From contig JBEIJN010000001.1 of the NCBI GenBank assembly GCA_040380225.1, positions 50,345-114,344 on the forward strand: 64,000 nucleotides of DNA, in the 5' to 3' direction. How positions within the stretch are numbered: the first letter of the stretch is position 1; the number at the start of each line of letters is the position of its first letter. Shown piece by piece: positions 1 through 11,562 of this stretch. Source of the stretch: Verrucomicrobiia bacterium (GTDB taxonomy: Bacteria; Verrucomicrobiota; Verrucomicrobiia; Chthoniobacterales; UBA6821). The notes beneath the pieces were generated by a model, which saw only the letters and a list, made by a program, of their open reading frames with translations, was not told the origin of the DNA and made no database searches. A program made the position numbers and the translations under genes.

Positions 1-1
1 T

Positions 2-808
2 GTGGACGACACGATCGCCACATTTGCTCCCCTGCTCGGCAAGGGGGACATCCTCATCGACGGCGGCAACTCCTACTACAAGGATGACATCCGCCGCGCC
101 GGGGAGCTCGCCGCCAAGGGCATCGAGTACGTCGATGTCGGCACCTCCGGAGGAGTCTGGGGTCTCGAGCGCGGTTATTGCGAGATGATCGGCGGATCGA
201 AGGAGGCGGTCGGCTACCTCGACCCAATCCTCAAGGCCCTTGCCCCCGGCAAGGGAGATGCGCCGGTGACTCCGGGTCGCACCCGCAAGGGAACGGCCGA
301 GGAGGGCTACCTCCACTGCGGCCCCAACGGCGCCGGACACTTCGTCAAGATGGTCCACAACGGCATCGAGTACGGCATGATGGCCGCCTACGCCGAGGGC
401 CTGAACATCCTCAAGAACGCCAACGCCGGCAAGGTGAAGCGGGAGATCGACGCCGAGACAACACCTCTTCGTGATCCGGAGAACTATCAGTACGACCTCG
501 ATCTCCCCGAGATCACCGAGGTCTGGCGCCGCGGCAGCGTGGTGGCCAGCTGGCTGCTCGACCTCACCGCCGACGCGCTGGCCCGCGATCCCGAGCTCAA
601 GACCTTCGGCGGCCGCGTCAGTGACTCCGGCGAGGGCCGCTGGACGATCCTTGCCGCGATCGAGGAGGGCGTTCCCGCCCCCGTCCTCAGCTCCGCTCTC
701 TACGAGCGCTTCTCGAGCCGCAATCTGGCCGAGTATGCCGACAAGATCTGTTCGGCGATGCGCTTCGAGTTCGGCGGTCACCTCGAGAAACCCGCCGGTT
801 CCAAGTAA
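2..808 (+). CDS. 6-phosphogluconate dehydrogenase, short Gnd-like form, 5' end outside window
   Basis: ORF open to window edge; [29 protein letters not shown] motifs typical of 6PGDH; sits directly upstream of zwf. Confidence 0.85.
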   Translation: MDDTIATFAPLLGKGDILIDGGNSYYKDDIRRAGELAAKGIEYVDVGTSGGVWGLERGYCEMIGGSKEAVGYLDPILKALAPGKGDAPVTPGRTRKGTAEEGYLHCGPNGAGHFVKMVHNGIEYGMMAAYAEGLNILKNANAGKVKREIDAETTPLRDPENYQYDLDLPEITEVWRRGSVVASWLLDLTADALARDPELKTFGGRVSDSGEGRWTILAAIEEGVPAPVLSSALYERFSSRNLAEYADKICSAMRFEFGGHLEKPAGSK

Positions 809-838
809 CCTCCGAAACACCCCAGCCATCCCGACCTC

Positions 839-2218
839 ATGCCTGCTGAAAAAAGCGACGCCCTGGTGCTCTTCGGAGCCACCGGAGACCTGGCCCACAA
901 GAAACTCTTCGACACGATCCAGGCGCTCTACCGCCGCGGCGTGCTCGAGGGGCCGGTGATCGGGGTCGCCAAGAGCGGCATGACGCGGGAGCAGGTCATC
1001 GACCGCGCCCGGGAGGGGATCACCACCTTCGGCCGCGGGGTCGACGAGGGGGTCTTCAAGAAATTCGCCGACCAGTTTCAGTACGTCGACGGCGACTACG
1101 CGGATCCGGCGACCTTCCAGAACCTCAAGAAGGCCCTTGGCGACGCCAAGCGTCCGCTCTTCTACCTCGCCATCCCGCCCGTCCTCTTCGGAACGGTGAC
1201 CAAGGGGCTCAAGGCCGCCGGATGCCTCAACGACGACGCCCGTGTTGTCGTCGAGAAGCCTTTCGGCCATGACGCCGCCTCCGCCAAGGCGCTCAACCTC
1301 ACCCTCCACGAGGTCCTCGAGGAGCGTCAGGTCTTCCGCATCGATCATTACCTCGGCAAGGAGGCGACGCAGAATGTCCTCTACACCCGCTTCGCCAACG
1401 CATTCCTCGAGCCGGTCTGGAACCGCAACTATATCAGCAACATCCAGATCACCATGGCCGAGTCCTTCGGCGTGCAGGGACGCGGTGCGTTCTACGACGC
1501 CACGGGCTGCCTTCGTGACGTGATCGAGAACCACCTCATGCAGGTGGTCGGTTTCCTCTGCATGGAGCCCCCCTACTGGCCCGACAAGGAGCGCGTGCGC
1601 GACGAGCAGGTGAAGCTCTTCAAGTCGATCCGCACGATCTCGACCAACGACATTGTCCGGGGCCAGTTCGAGGGCTACCTGCAGGAGCCCGGCGTGGCCC
1701 CCAACAGCCAGACAGAGACCTTCGCGGCCGTCCGCGTCTTCATCGACAACTGGCGCTGGCAGGGTGTCCCCATCTACATCCGCGCCGGGAAGAATCTGCC
1801 CGTCTCGGCGACCGAGGTGCGCGTCCAGTTCCACCGCCCGCCTCAGGTCGTCTTCCCGGACGAGCAGGCCCCGATGCACAACTACGTCCGATTCCTCTTC
1901 TCTCCCCGCATCGAGATCGGCATCTGCATGCAGGTGAAGATTGACGGCGAGCGGATGGTGGGAGAGCCGATGGAGTTGAAGGTTGTCGACCAGCAACCCG
2001 ACGAGATGACCCCTTACGAACGCCTCATTGGCGACGCCATCCAGGGGGATCAGGCCCTCTTCGCCCGTCAGGATGTCGTCGAGGAGGGGTGGCGGATCGT
2101 CGAAAAGATCATCGGCAATTCCGTACCCGTCCATCCCTACAAGCCCGGTACCTGGGGGCCTGACGCGGTCAACGATGTCCTCCTCCCCTCGGGCGGATGG
2201 CATGCGCCGCAGCTCTGA
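839..2218 (+). CDS. zwf: glucose-6-phosphate dehydrogenase
   Basis: ATG at 839; [15 protein letters not shown] motif and RIDHYLGKE active-site motif; 459 aa. Confidence 0.95.
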   Translation: MPAEKSDALVLFGATGDLAHKKLFDTIQALYRRGVLEGPVIGVAKSGMTREQVIDRAREGITTFGRGVDEGVFKKFADQFQYVDGDYADPATFQNLKKALGDAKRPLFYLAIPPVLFGTVTKGLKAAGCLNDDARVVVEKPFGHDAASAKALNLTLHEVLEERQVFRIDHYLGKEATQNVLYTRFANAFLEPVWNRNYISNIQITMAESFGVQGRGAFYDATGCLRDVIENHLMQVVGFLCMEPPYWPDKERVRDEQVKLFKSIRTISTNDIVRGQFEGYLQEPGVAPNSQTETFAAVRVFIDNWRWQGVPIYIRAGKNLPVSATEVRVQFHRPPQVVFPDEQAPMHNYVRFLFSPRIEIGICMQVKIDGERMVGEPMELKVVDQQPDEMTPYERLIGDAIQGDQALFARQDVVEEGWRIVEKIIGNSVPVHPYKPGTWGPDAVNDVLLPSGGWHAPQL

Positions 2219-2296
2219 GAGACTAGGTCGAGGGACTAGAGTCGAGCGTCGAAGGCCCCAACCCTGAACCCTTAACCTGAACCCTGCACCACGCCC

Positions 2297-3088
2297 ATGA
2301 TGAGGATCCTGACCCTCCTCTTCTTGGGGGTCATGCTTTTGTCAGGATGCGGTAGGAAAGAGATTTCGTCAGGGGACAAGCCGCTCGTGGTCGGGATGGA
2401 TCTCTCTTACCCGCCCTTTGAGATGATTGATGCGGCGGGGAAGTCCGCCGGTGTCAGCGTCGATTTGGCCCGGGCATTGGGCGAGTCGCTCCACCGTCCC
2501 GTCCGCATCGAGAACATCCCCTTCACCGGGCTGATTCCATCGCTCCTCACCGGTAAGATCGACCTGGTGATCTCCTCGATGACCGACACGCCCGAGCGGC
2601 GGAAGGCCATTGCCTTCTCCGATCCCTACCTCAACATCGGATTGGCGCTTCTTGCCGGAAAAAACTCCGGTCTCAACGCCGCCGCGGATCTCGACCGCCC
2701 CGGCAGAACCGTGGCGGTCCGCCAGGGAACCACCGCCCAAGTCTGGGCCAAGGAACATCTTAAGCAGGCGAAGGTCCTGGTGCTCGACAAGGAATCCTCC
2801 GCAGTCCTCGAGGTCGTTCAGGGCAAGGCCGACGGATTCCTCTACGACCAGATGAGCGTCTGGAAGCATCATCAGGAGCACCCGGTCGAAACGGTTGCAC
2901 TCCTCAAGCCGGTGCAGACCGAATCATGGGCTGTCGCCCTCCGTCCCGGTGACGCGGAGTTGCGCGAACAGGTGAATGCCTTCCTGAAATCATTCCGCGT
3001 CTCCGGTGGATTCGATCGTCTCGGGAATACCTACCTGAAGGACCAGAAAGAGGCTTTCGCCAAAGCCGGAATCCCTTTTTACTTTTAG
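2297..3088 (+). CDS. amino-acid ABC transporter substrate-binding lipoprotein (SBP family 3)
   Basis: Signal peptide with lipobox LLSGC; SBP_bac_3-like LVVGMDLSYPPFE and DLVISSMTDTPERRK segments. Confidence 0.8.
   Translation: MMRILTLLFLGVMLLSGCGRKEISSGDKPLVVGMDLSYPPFEMIDAAGKSAGVSVDLARALGESLHRPVRIENIPFTGLIPSLLTGKIDLVISSMTDTPERRKAIAFSDPYLNIGLALLAGKNSGLNAAADLDRPGRTVAVRQGTTAQVWAKEHLKQAKVLVLDKESSAVLEVVQGKADGFLYDQMSVWKHHQEHPVETVALLKPVQTESWAVALRPGDAELREQVNAFLKSFRVSGGFDRLGNTYLKDQKEAFAKAGIPFYF
3071..3086. repeat. 16-bp direct repeat copy 1 (ATCCCTTTTTACTTTT), encodes the C-terminal IPFYF of the SBP gene
   Basis: Identical 16-mer recurs at 3649-3664. Confidence 0.9.
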
Positions 3089-3095
3089 GCACGGT

Positions 3096-3401
3096 ATGCC
3101 TGAAAAGGATTTTGAGATCTGGCTGAACGACACCACGCGAATTCTGGTGTCCCGGACCACAGAGAGGGGAGCATTGATATCATTTGCTGTTATTCTCATG
3201 CTTTTGCATGAGGGTGCATGGACTGATGTAGGCAGGTATGACACGGCCCATGGGGTTCCTCATCAGGATGTGCTTCATCACAGGAAGGGTCTTGTCAAAA
3301 AGGTGTGGATGGACAAACTTTCAGCCAGAGAGATTTACGCCCATGCGATCGAAAACTTCCGTAAAAACCACTCCAAAATCATCCATGACTACCTCACGTA
3401 A
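3096..3401 (+). CDS. hypothetical protein in AT-richer insertion (possible DUF6516/TumE-like toxin, unverified)
   Basis: 101-aa ORF; RYDTAHGVPHQDVLHHRKG segment recalls from memory the R-W/Y-D-N-A-P-H ... H-H-K-H signature; base composition differs from neighbours. Confidence 0.5.
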   Translation: MPEKDFEIWLNDTTRILVSRTTERGALISFAVILMLLHEGAWTDVGRYDTAHGVPHQDVLHHRKGLVKKVWMDKLSAREIYAHAIENFRKNHSKIIHDYLT

Positions 3402-3564
3402 GGCGGTAGAAAAGAGTTCAGTTCCTAGCAAGGCATCCTCTGTCAGGGAGCTTGATGCTTGGGTTCTTAAGATTGGTGGACGTGCCATCACTCCCGCCCA
3501 AAAGAAAAAAATCTTCACAGAAGTGCGCTGGGCCAAGATACCTGGAGAACCAGCACCCATTTGA
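3385..3564 (+). CDS. hypothetical small protein, overlaps preceding ORF by 17 nt
   Basis: Internal ATG at 3385 of the 3238-3564 ORF; 59 aa, Lys-rich; the start choice is inference. Confidence 0.35.
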   Translation: MTTSRKAVEKSSVPSKASSVRELDAWVLKIGGRAITPAQKKKIFTEVRWAKIPGEPAPI

Positions 3565-3648
3565 CTTTTCGATGAAGGGATAAGCAGGCTAAGCAATCCT
3601 GCCTCATCTTTCCTCCTAGTTAGTACCCTTGAACCCGTTGCTCTCTAT

Positions 3649-3664
3649 ATCCCTTTTTACTTTT
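3649..3664. repeat. 16-bp direct repeat copy 2 (ATCCCTTTTTACTTTT followed by TGA)
   Basis: Identical to 3071-3086; would again read IPFYF-stop. Confidence 0.9.
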
Positions 3665-3747
3665 GAGGTCATGGGGGGTTCGATCCCAAGGGATCGGATT
3701 CATTTTCCTCAACAGCCTAACAGCCTACAGTCTAACCACGTCCATTA

Positions 3748-4674
3748 ATGAAAACAGCACTTCTCTTCTCCGGTCAGGGAGCCCAAGCCGTCGGCATGGG
3801 CAAGGATCTTGCCGCAGCCTATCCCGTCGCCGCCGATCTGTTTGCCAAGGCTGACTCGATTCTCGGCTACTCCCTCTCGCAGACCGCCTTCGAGGGACCG
3901 GCAGAGGAACTGACCAGGACATCTATCTGCCAGCCAGCCCTCTATGTTCACGGACTCTCCGCTCTGGCCGTGCTGAAGGAAAAAGTGCCATCCCTTTCCT
4001 TTGACGCTGCCGCCGGGCTCTCGCTCGGGGAATTCACCGCCCACGCCGCAGCAGGCACCTTCGACTTCGAGACGGGTCTCCGTCTGGTCGACAAGCGATC
4101 CCGCTTCATGCAGGAAGCGTGCGAGGCGACCGAGGGGGGCATGGCCGCCATCATCGGTGCCGATGAGCAGGGGGCGCGTAATCTTGCCGCAGCGGCCGAT
4201 GTCGACGTGGCCAACTTCAACAGCCCCGGCCAGATCGTCATCTCGGGAGAGAAGTCCAAGATTGCCCTCGCCGTCGGGATGGCCAAGGAATACGGAGCCC
4301 GCAAGGCGGTCGAGCTCACCGTGGCCGGGGCGTTCCACTCCCGCCTGATGGAGCCCGCCTATCAGCGCCTGAGCACCGTGCTGGCGGAGACCCCGATCGT
4401 CATGCCGCGTGTGCCCGTTGTCGGGAACGTCGATGCCCGTCCGGCGGAATCCCCCGATGCCATCCGCAAGTCACTGGCTGATCAGGTCACCGGCTCCGTC
4501 TGCTGGACCGCGAGCATCGAGTACATGATCGACCATCTCGGCATCACCCGCTTCCTCGAACTCGGCCCCGGCGGCATCATCGCCGGCCTTGTTGGCCGCA
4601 TCCGCAAGGGAACCGAGGTGATCAGCGTCTCCGACGTCGCCTCGCTTGAGGCGGCCCTGCCCCTGCTCAAGTAA
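3748..4674 (+). CDS. fabD: malonyl CoA-ACP transacylase
   Basis: LLFSGQGAQAVGMGKDL and GLSLGEFTA active-site serine motif; 308 aa. Confidence 0.95.
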   Translation: MKTALLFSGQGAQAVGMGKDLAAAYPVAADLFAKADSILGYSLSQTAFEGPAEELTRTSICQPALYVHGLSALAVLKEKVPSLSFDAAAGLSLGEFTAHAAAGTFDFETGLRLVDKRSRFMQEACEATEGGMAAIIGADEQGARNLAAAADVDVANFNSPGQIVISGEKSKIALAVGMAKEYGARKAVELTVAGAFHSRLMEPAYQRLSTVLAETPIVMPRVPVVGNVDARPAESPDAIRKSLADQVTGSVCWTASIEYMIDHLGITRFLELGPGGIIAGLVGRIRKGTEVISVSDVASLEAALPLLK

Positions 4675-4884
4675 CCTTCCCAACTCGGTTCCTCGCTGTT
4701 TCCAGCGGATGAAGCAGTGTTGGGTTGGCTGCAGGAACTACCTGTTTGCCCGGCCTCGTCCTGAACTGTTCGTTACAGGCATCCGAGATCCCCTGTTTTC
4801 CTGTTTTCTGAAGAAAACCTACGGAGCCCCTGCGCTCAGAAGTGCAGTCCCTTCATGCTCTTCATGGTTGATTAGAAAATGTTT

Positions 4885-6043
<1,159 letters not shown>

Positions 6044-6256
6044 TACCATCTCCACTCTTATTCCGGTGGAATCAGCTGGTCCTTTGGGCGATGGGCGTTG
6101 TTGTCATCCCTCGGGTTATCTTCAGATAGCCCTCGGTCTTCCGCCTAGCCCATCACCAAAATCCCTTCGCCAATTCCACCAGACTAATCATGGAAATGGT
6201 ATGACCCCGGCTCTTTCACTAGGGAAGGCGACCTTCAGTTCCAACCGGGACATATA

Positions 6257-8167
6257 ATGAGTTCCGCAACCAACCAAAAGACATCGCTCCTTTGGTTGGC
6301 GGCGCTCGGCGTGGTCTTCGGCGATATCGGGACAAGTCCGCTCTACGCCTTCCAAACCGCGGTCGCTCTGACCGGCGCCGCCCACGCCGTTGCGGTCGCC
6401 TCGCTGATCCTCTGGACGGTCATCCTGGTGGTGAGCGTGAAGTACGCCTTCATCATGATGAAGGAGGATTATAAGGGACAGGGGGGTGTCTTCGCCCTCT
6501 TCGCGCTCCTGAAGACGGCTCGCGCCCCAAGGCCGATGCCCTTCGGGGTCATTGTGATCGTGGCATTCGGCGCGGCGCTTTTACTCAGTGACGGCACCCT
6601 CACACCCGCCATTTCCGTGCTCAGCGCCGTCGAGGGAATCGTGACGATCCATCCCTCACTCTCCGGCTATGCCCCCGGTGCGGCCATTGCCATCCTGATT
6701 GTGCTCTTCGGGATCCAGCGTTTCGGGACGGGAAGGCTTGGGTCGATCTTCGGTCCGGTGATGCTGGTGTGGTTCCTAAGCATCGCCCTCATGGGGTTGG
6801 TTCAGATCGTGCGCCACCCCTCGGTGCTCCGGGCCCTTGATCCCCTCTTCGGACTCGCACTGCTTTTCCAATCCGGATGGCATGGTTTCGCCATCATGGG
6901 TGCCGTCGCGCTTGCCGTCACCGGTGCAGAGGCCCTCTATGCCGATCTGGCCAATTTCGGCAAGGGGCCCATCCTCACCGCATGGTATGGAGTCGCCCTT
7001 CCTGCGTTGCTTCTCAACTACCTTGGACAGGCGGCGTACCTCGATATCAACGCCTCCGCCGCATCGGACACGGGGCTTTTCTTCCTGCTCTGCCCGATGC
7101 CGATGAGGGGGCCGCTTGTGCTGCTGGCCACCGCGGCCACGATCATTGCCTCGCAGGCCCTGATCAGCGCCGTCTTCACGCTGGTGCGTCAGGGTAAGTC
7201 CCTCGACATTCTTCCCCCGTTCATCAGCAGGCACACCAATCCGGGGGTGAGGGAGCAGATCTACATCCCTGCGGTCAATTTTCTGCTGGGGATCTGCTGC
7301 ATCATGCTGATCGCGGTCTTCCGTACGGGAGCCTCGCTGGCAAACGCCTACGGGGTTGCCGTGACGGGAGCCATGGTGGTCACCTCCGTCCTCTGGGGAA
7401 TGGTGATGCTCTCCCGGGCGGAGGTTCCCGCATGGAGGACTTTGCTGATTCTCTGCGGCCTGCTGCTGCTGGATCTCGCCTTGTTTTCGTCCTGCCTGAC
7501 CAAATTCTTTGACGGCGGATTCCTCCCCTTCTTCCTGGCGGTCGGGATCATGTCTCTGATGTTCTCATGGTATCGGGGAAGGAAACTCATCAATGAGGCG
7601 ATGAAGGAGGGCCTCATCTCACCCGGGGAACTGGGCGTGCAACTGGCCACATCCATCCTGCCGAGTGTGGCCGGGTCAAGGGTCTATCTCACGCGCGAGA
7701 GGACCCCGGAGCATTCCGTGGCCTCCATCCTCGAGTTCCACAGGAGGACCAAATCCGTCGCGGAAAACAACGTGATCCTGATGCTGCCCTCGAACTGGTC
7801 CGATCCTTACGAGGTCATCGGCAACCCCGTGGTCAAAAAGCACGACGGAGGGCTCTGGGAGATTACCGTTCCCCACGGGTACATGGTCGAGGCGGATGCG
7901 CCCGGAAGCCTGCGTGCGGCCGCGGAGGCAAGCGGCGGCGCCTTCACCTTCAACCCGGAGGATACCTTCTACATCTTCCCCAAGGAGTTCCCCTCCACGG
8001 ACGGCGGAGCGATGCCGGCGTGGCAGAGGAACCTCTTCTCGTTCCTTGTCAGGAATGTCGGATTCCTCGTGAACTTCATGGGGATCCCGTCCGGGCAACT
8101 GATCGTCTACCTTGCCTACATCGACATCGACCATCCTGACAACCCTGACTCCGTCCAGGCGGTGTAG
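6257..8167 (+). CDS. kup: KUP/HAK/KT family potassium transporter
   Basis: LAALGVVFGDIGTSPLY signature, about 12 TM segments plus a cytoplasmic C-domain; 636 aa. Confidence 0.95.
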   Translation: MSSATNQKTSLLWLAALGVVFGDIGTSPLYAFQTAVALTGAAHAVAVASLILWTVILVVSVKYAFIMMKEDYKGQGGVFALFALLKTARAPRPMPFGVIVIVAFGAALLLSDGTLTPAISVLSAVEGIVTIHPSLSGYAPGAAIAILIVLFGIQRFGTGRLGSIFGPVMLVWFLSIALMGLVQIVRHPSVLRALDPLFGLALLFQSGWHGFAIMGAVALAVTGAEALYADLANFGKGPILTAWYGVALPALLLNYLGQAAYLDINASAASDTGLFFLLCPMPMRGPLVLLATAATIIASQALISAVFTLVRQGKSLDILPPFISRHTNPGVREQIYIPAVNFLLGICCIMLIAVFRTGASLANAYGVAVTGAMVVTSVLWGMVMLSRAEVPAWRTLLILCGLLLLDLALFSSCLTKFFDGGFLPFFLAVGIMSLMFSWYRGRKLINEAMKEGLISPGELGVQLATSILPSVAGSRVYLTRERTPEHSVASILEFHRRTKSVAENNVILMLPSNWSDPYEVIGNPVVKKHDGGLWEITVPHGYMVEADAPGSLRAAAEASGGAFTFNPEDTFYIFPKEFPSTDGGAMPAWQRNLFSFLVRNVGFLVNFMGIPSGQLIVYLAYIDIDHPDNPDSVQAV

Positions 8168-8245
8168 TCGGCGACTTGCGGGGCCTTGCCCCCCGTGACG
8201 GGAAAATTTCTTGCCAAAGCAGCCGCATGACGGGCAATTTCCTTC

Positions 8246-9811
8246 ATGGCAGCAACGAGTCATTCCAATTTCGACGAGACGTTCTACCGGGGGGCCGATT
8301 CCTTTTTCACGGCCAACTCGGAAATCGGACTGACCTTCGACGACGTCACTCTGGCGACTCTTTATTCGGACATCCTTCCCAGCCAGACCAAGCTTGATTC
8401 GCGTCTGAGCGACGGGCTTCAGCTCAATATTCCCATTGTCTCCGCGGACATGGACACGGTCACGGAATCGCGCCTTGCGATCGCCCTGGCGCTCAACGGC
8501 GGCCTCGGGCTCATCCATTACAACATGCCCGAGCGCGACCAACTCGGGGAGGTGAGCCGCGTGAAATACCATGTCCAGGGGCTCATCCAGGATCCCATCA
8601 AGGTATCGCCCGACCAGTTCATCGGCGACGTCCTGAAGCTCATCGAGGAGAAGAACTTCGGCTTCAGCACATTCCCCGTCGTGGATGAGAAGGGTGCGCT
8701 CGTCGGCCTCCTCTCCGGTCACGTGGTCAAGCCGCGCTACGCTTCCAAGAAAGTCTCCGAGGCGCTGACTCCGCGGAGCCAGGTTCACACCGTGACCAGG
8801 AAGGAGCTTGGCACAGATCCCATCGCCATCGCCGACAAGTTCTTCACCGAGCATCTCGGCATCCACAAGCTTCTGGTCGTCGACGAGGAAGACCGGTTGC
8901 ACGGCCTCATCACCATGAGCGACGTGGAGAGGATCACCCAGGAGCGCAAGGCCCAGTTCAAACCTGCGCGCGACTCCCAGTTTCGTCTGGTCTGCGGCGC
9001 AGCGGTCTCCGCCACCCGCAATGCCTTTGGCGAACTCGATAGGGAGCGGATCCTCAACCATGTCGCGGCTCTCGTCGAACGCGGCATCGATGTCGTCGCC
9101 GTCTCCACCGCCCACGGTCACAGTAAGGGGGTCGGGGACACGGTCAGGGTGGTGCGCGACGCCTTCCCGAAGCTGCCCATCATCGCAGGCAACGTCACCA
9201 GCGCCGCGGGGGTCGAATACCTCGCCGACTGCGGGGCCAGCGTGATCAAGGTTGGTCAGGGTCCCGGTTCGATCTGCACCACGCGCGTCGTTGCCGGAGT
9301 CGGGATCCCACAGATGACCGCCCTGTACGTCTGCTCCAAGGCCGCTGCGGAGAAGAAAGTCTCGATCCTTGCCGACGGGGGGATCACCAAGTCGGGCGAC
9401 ATCGTCAAAGCCCTGACCCTAGCACATGGCGTGATCTGCGGCGGCATGTTCGCCGGTTGCACCGAGTCACCCGGAGAGGTCGTCGAGATCGGCGGCAAAC
9501 TTTACAAGCAGTACCGCGGCATGGGCAGTCTCTCGGCGATGAAGGCCGGCAGTGCCGCCCGCTACGGTCACGACAAGGCTGACACCACGCGCAAGGTGGC
9601 CGCCGAGGGCGTCGAAGCGCTCAAGGAGGCATGCGGCCCCGTGGATCGCGTCCTGGCCAGCCTCATCGGCGGGATCCAGAGTGGCATGGGATATCTCGGT
9701 GCGGAAAATCTCGAGCAACTCCGCGAAAAGGCGCGCTACATTCGGGTTAGTCCGGCGGGCCAACGTGAGGCCGCCCCGCATGATGTGGTCGAGCTCAAGA
9801 CCAAGAACTGA
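8246..9811 (+). CDS. guaB: IMP dehydrogenase
   Basis: CBS pair insert, GSICTTR catalytic loop, GGITKSGD; 521 aa. Confidence 0.95.
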   Translation: MAATSHSNFDETFYRGADSFFTANSEIGLTFDDVTLATLYSDILPSQTKLDSRLSDGLQLNIPIVSADMDTVTESRLAIALALNGGLGLIHYNMPERDQLGEVSRVKYHVQGLIQDPIKVSPDQFIGDVLKLIEEKNFGFSTFPVVDEKGALVGLLSGHVVKPRYASKKVSEALTPRSQVHTVTRKELGTDPIAIADKFFTEHLGIHKLLVVDEEDRLHGLITMSDVERITQERKAQFKPARDSQFRLVCGAAVSATRNAFGELDRERILNHVAALVERGIDVVAVSTAHGHSKGVGDTVRVVRDAFPKLPIIAGNVTSAAGVEYLADCGASVIKVGQGPGSICTTRVVAGVGIPQMTALYVCSKAAAEKKVSILADGGITKSGDIVKALTLAHGVICGGMFAGCTESPGEVVEIGGKLYKQYRGMGSLSAMKAGSAARYGHDKADTTRKVAAEGVEALKEACGPVDRVLASLIGGIQSGMGYLGAENLEQLREKARYIRVSPAGQREAAPHDVVELKTKN

Positions 9812-9826
9812 AAAACCCTGACGCGA

Positions 9827-9852
9827 CCCGTTTTAGCACGGGTGGATTTTTT
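9827..9852 (+). terminator. weak hairpin plus T-tract after guaB
   Basis: CCCGT-TTTAGC-ACGGG then TGGATTTTTT; overlaps the stop region of the convergent cupin gene. Confidence 0.35.
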
Positions 9853-10261
9853 CCAGCTCAGGCAATAGCACGACGCTTTCCTGCTCGTTTGGATCTGTCC
9901 GGGCAATAACGGCCACGACGTCCTCGGTCTGGCTTGGATTATACGGAAGGTGGGGAACATCCGCCGGGATGTAGAAGAAATCGCCGGGCTTTACGATGGA
10001 GTGATGCTCCAGTTGTTCGCCATGCCAGACTCCCGAAGTCCCTTGGAGTGCGTAAATCGCTGTTTCATGGGTGTCGTGTTTGTGCGCCTTGGCCCTTCCT
10101 CCGGGAGGAATGGTCACCAACTGAAGGTGAATTGCCCTTGATCCGACGGTCTCGGCCGAAATCCCGACGAGATAGTCGAGGCCTTGCTTGCCGGTGTATT
10201 CATCGGTGGGGCTGATCAACCGGCATTCTCCGCCAGATGGCTCTGGAAATTCGTTTGCCAT
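9833..10261 (-). CDS. cupin domain protein
   Basis: GGRAKAHKHDTHETAIY and FFYIPADVPH cupin motifs; 142 aa. Confidence 0.75.
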   Translation of the reverse strand: MANEFPEPSGGECRLISPTDEYTGKQGLDYLVGISAETVGSRAIHLQLVTIPPGGRAKAHKHDTHETAIYALQGTSGVWHGEQLEHHSIVKPGDFFYIPADVPHLPYNPSQTEDVVAVIARTDPNEQESVVLLPELEKIHPC

Positions 10262-10322
10262 CGATATGGCCTCAGTGAACTTAGGGAATCGCTGATGATG
10301 ATCGTGATACCACCCCGGATGA

Positions 10323-11345
10323 CTACCAACCGAGGATCATTGCGAAGACCAGCGGGGCGACGATCGAGGCATCCGACTCAATGATGTGCTTCGGGGTGCT
10401 CTCCCCAAGCTTACCCCAGGTGATCTTCTCGTTGGGCACGGCGCCGGAGTAGCTTCCGTAGCTGGTGGTCGAGTCGCTGATCTGGCAGAAGTAGCCCCAG
10501 AGAGGTACCTCGGGACGCTGGAGATCCTGGTGGAGCATCGGGACGACGCAGATCGGAAAATCACCGGCGATGCCGCCGCCGATCTGGAAGAATCCGATGG
10601 AGCCGTCGGGGGAATCGGCATGACGTCCGGAGCCCTTGGCGGCGCCGGGGAGGGGCTTGGAGTTCTTCGTGTACCAGTCGGCGAGCGCGATCATGTACTC
10701 GATGCCGGTGCGGACGGTGTGGACATTCTTCACGTCGCCGCTGATGACGTGACCGGCGTACATGTTGCCGAGGGTGGAATCCTCCCAGCCTGGGACGAAC
10801 ATCGGGAGGTTCCTCTTGGCCGCTTCCATGAGCCAGCTGTTCTTCGGATCGATCTGATGCTCAAGCTTCCCACCGAGCAGGATGCGGTACATGAACTCGT
10901 GGGGGAAGAGGCGCTCCCCCTTCTTGTCGGCGGCGACCCACTCATCGAGGACGGCATTCTCGATCCGGCGCATCGCCTCCATCTCGGGGATGCAGGTGTC
11001 GGTGACGCGGTTCATATGGCGCTCCAGCAGGCCCATCTCGTCGGCGGGGGTGAGATCGCGGTAGTTGGGGACGCGCTCGTAGAAGTCGTGGGCGACCAGG
11101 TTAAAGACATCCTCCTCGAGGTTGGCACCGGTGCAGCAGATGGCGTGAACCTTCCCCTGGCGGATCATCTCGGCGAGCGAGAGTCCGAGTTCGGCGGTGC
11201 TCATCGCGCCCGCGATGGTCATGAACATGGAGCCGCCCTTCTCGAGATGGGCGGTGTAGGAACGGGCGGCGTCCTTCAGCGCAGCGGCATTGAAGTGACG
11301 GTAGTGATGCTCGATGAATGTGGAGATGGGGCCGAGTGTGGACAT
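10323..11345 (-). CDS. deoxyhypusine synthase family protein (bacterial DHS-like)
   Basis: HYRHFNAAAL, TIAGAMSTAELG, GGGIAGDF segments; ATG at 11345 chosen because the upstream part of the ORF reads through the repeat leader. Confidence 0.8.
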   Translation of the reverse strand: MSTLGPISTFIEHHYRHFNAAALKDAARSYTAHLEKGGSMFMTIAGAMSTAELGLSLAEMIRQGKVHAICCTGANLEEDVFNLVAHDFYERVPNYRDLTPADEMGLLERHMNRVTDTCIPEMEAMRRIENAVLDEWVAADKKGERLFPHEFMYRILLGGKLEHQIDPKNSWLMEAAKRNLPMFVPGWEDSTLGNMYAGHVISGDVKNVHTVRTGIEYMIALADWYTKNSKPLPGAAKGSGRHADSPDGSIGFFQIGGGIAGDFPICVVPMLHQDLQRPEVPLWGYFCQISDSTTSYGSYSGAVPNEKITWGKLGESTPKHIIESDASIVAPLVFAMILGW

Positions 11346-11503
11346 GGTGCGGAAAGGATGAATGATGAATGAAAAATTATGAAGGATGAATGATGAAAGC
11401 TGAAGAAGCCAAAAATCAGCGGGTGGTGATTTTCGTGCTGCAGGGCCGAAACCAGAACCAGTGAGTCGAACTAAATTCCAGAGGCGAAAAAGCAATCAGT
11501 ACC

Positions 11504-11540
11504 CAAAAAAAGGCCGCACCGGTTGCCCGATGCGGCCTTT
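11504..11540 (-). terminator. rho-independent terminator after the entericidin-like gene
   Basis: On the minus strand AAGGCCGCA-loop-TGCGGCCTT followed by TTTTTTT. Confidence 0.8.
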
Positions 11541-11562
11541 GGGAGTATTTGCGATCCGGGGA

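Noticed and set aside
3661-3700. tRNA-like T-loop GGGGGGTTCGATCCC just after the second 16-bp direct repeat
   Set aside because: No acceptor stem, D-arm or anticodon arm can be built around it. Only a short GATCC-CAAG-GGATC hairpin is present. It may be a fragment, but it is not a tRNA gene.
7676-9121. 481-aa minus-strand ORF across the kup 3' end and guaB
   Set aside because: It lies antisense to two well-supported genes and spans their intergenic gap. It has low-complexity composition and no recognisable domain.
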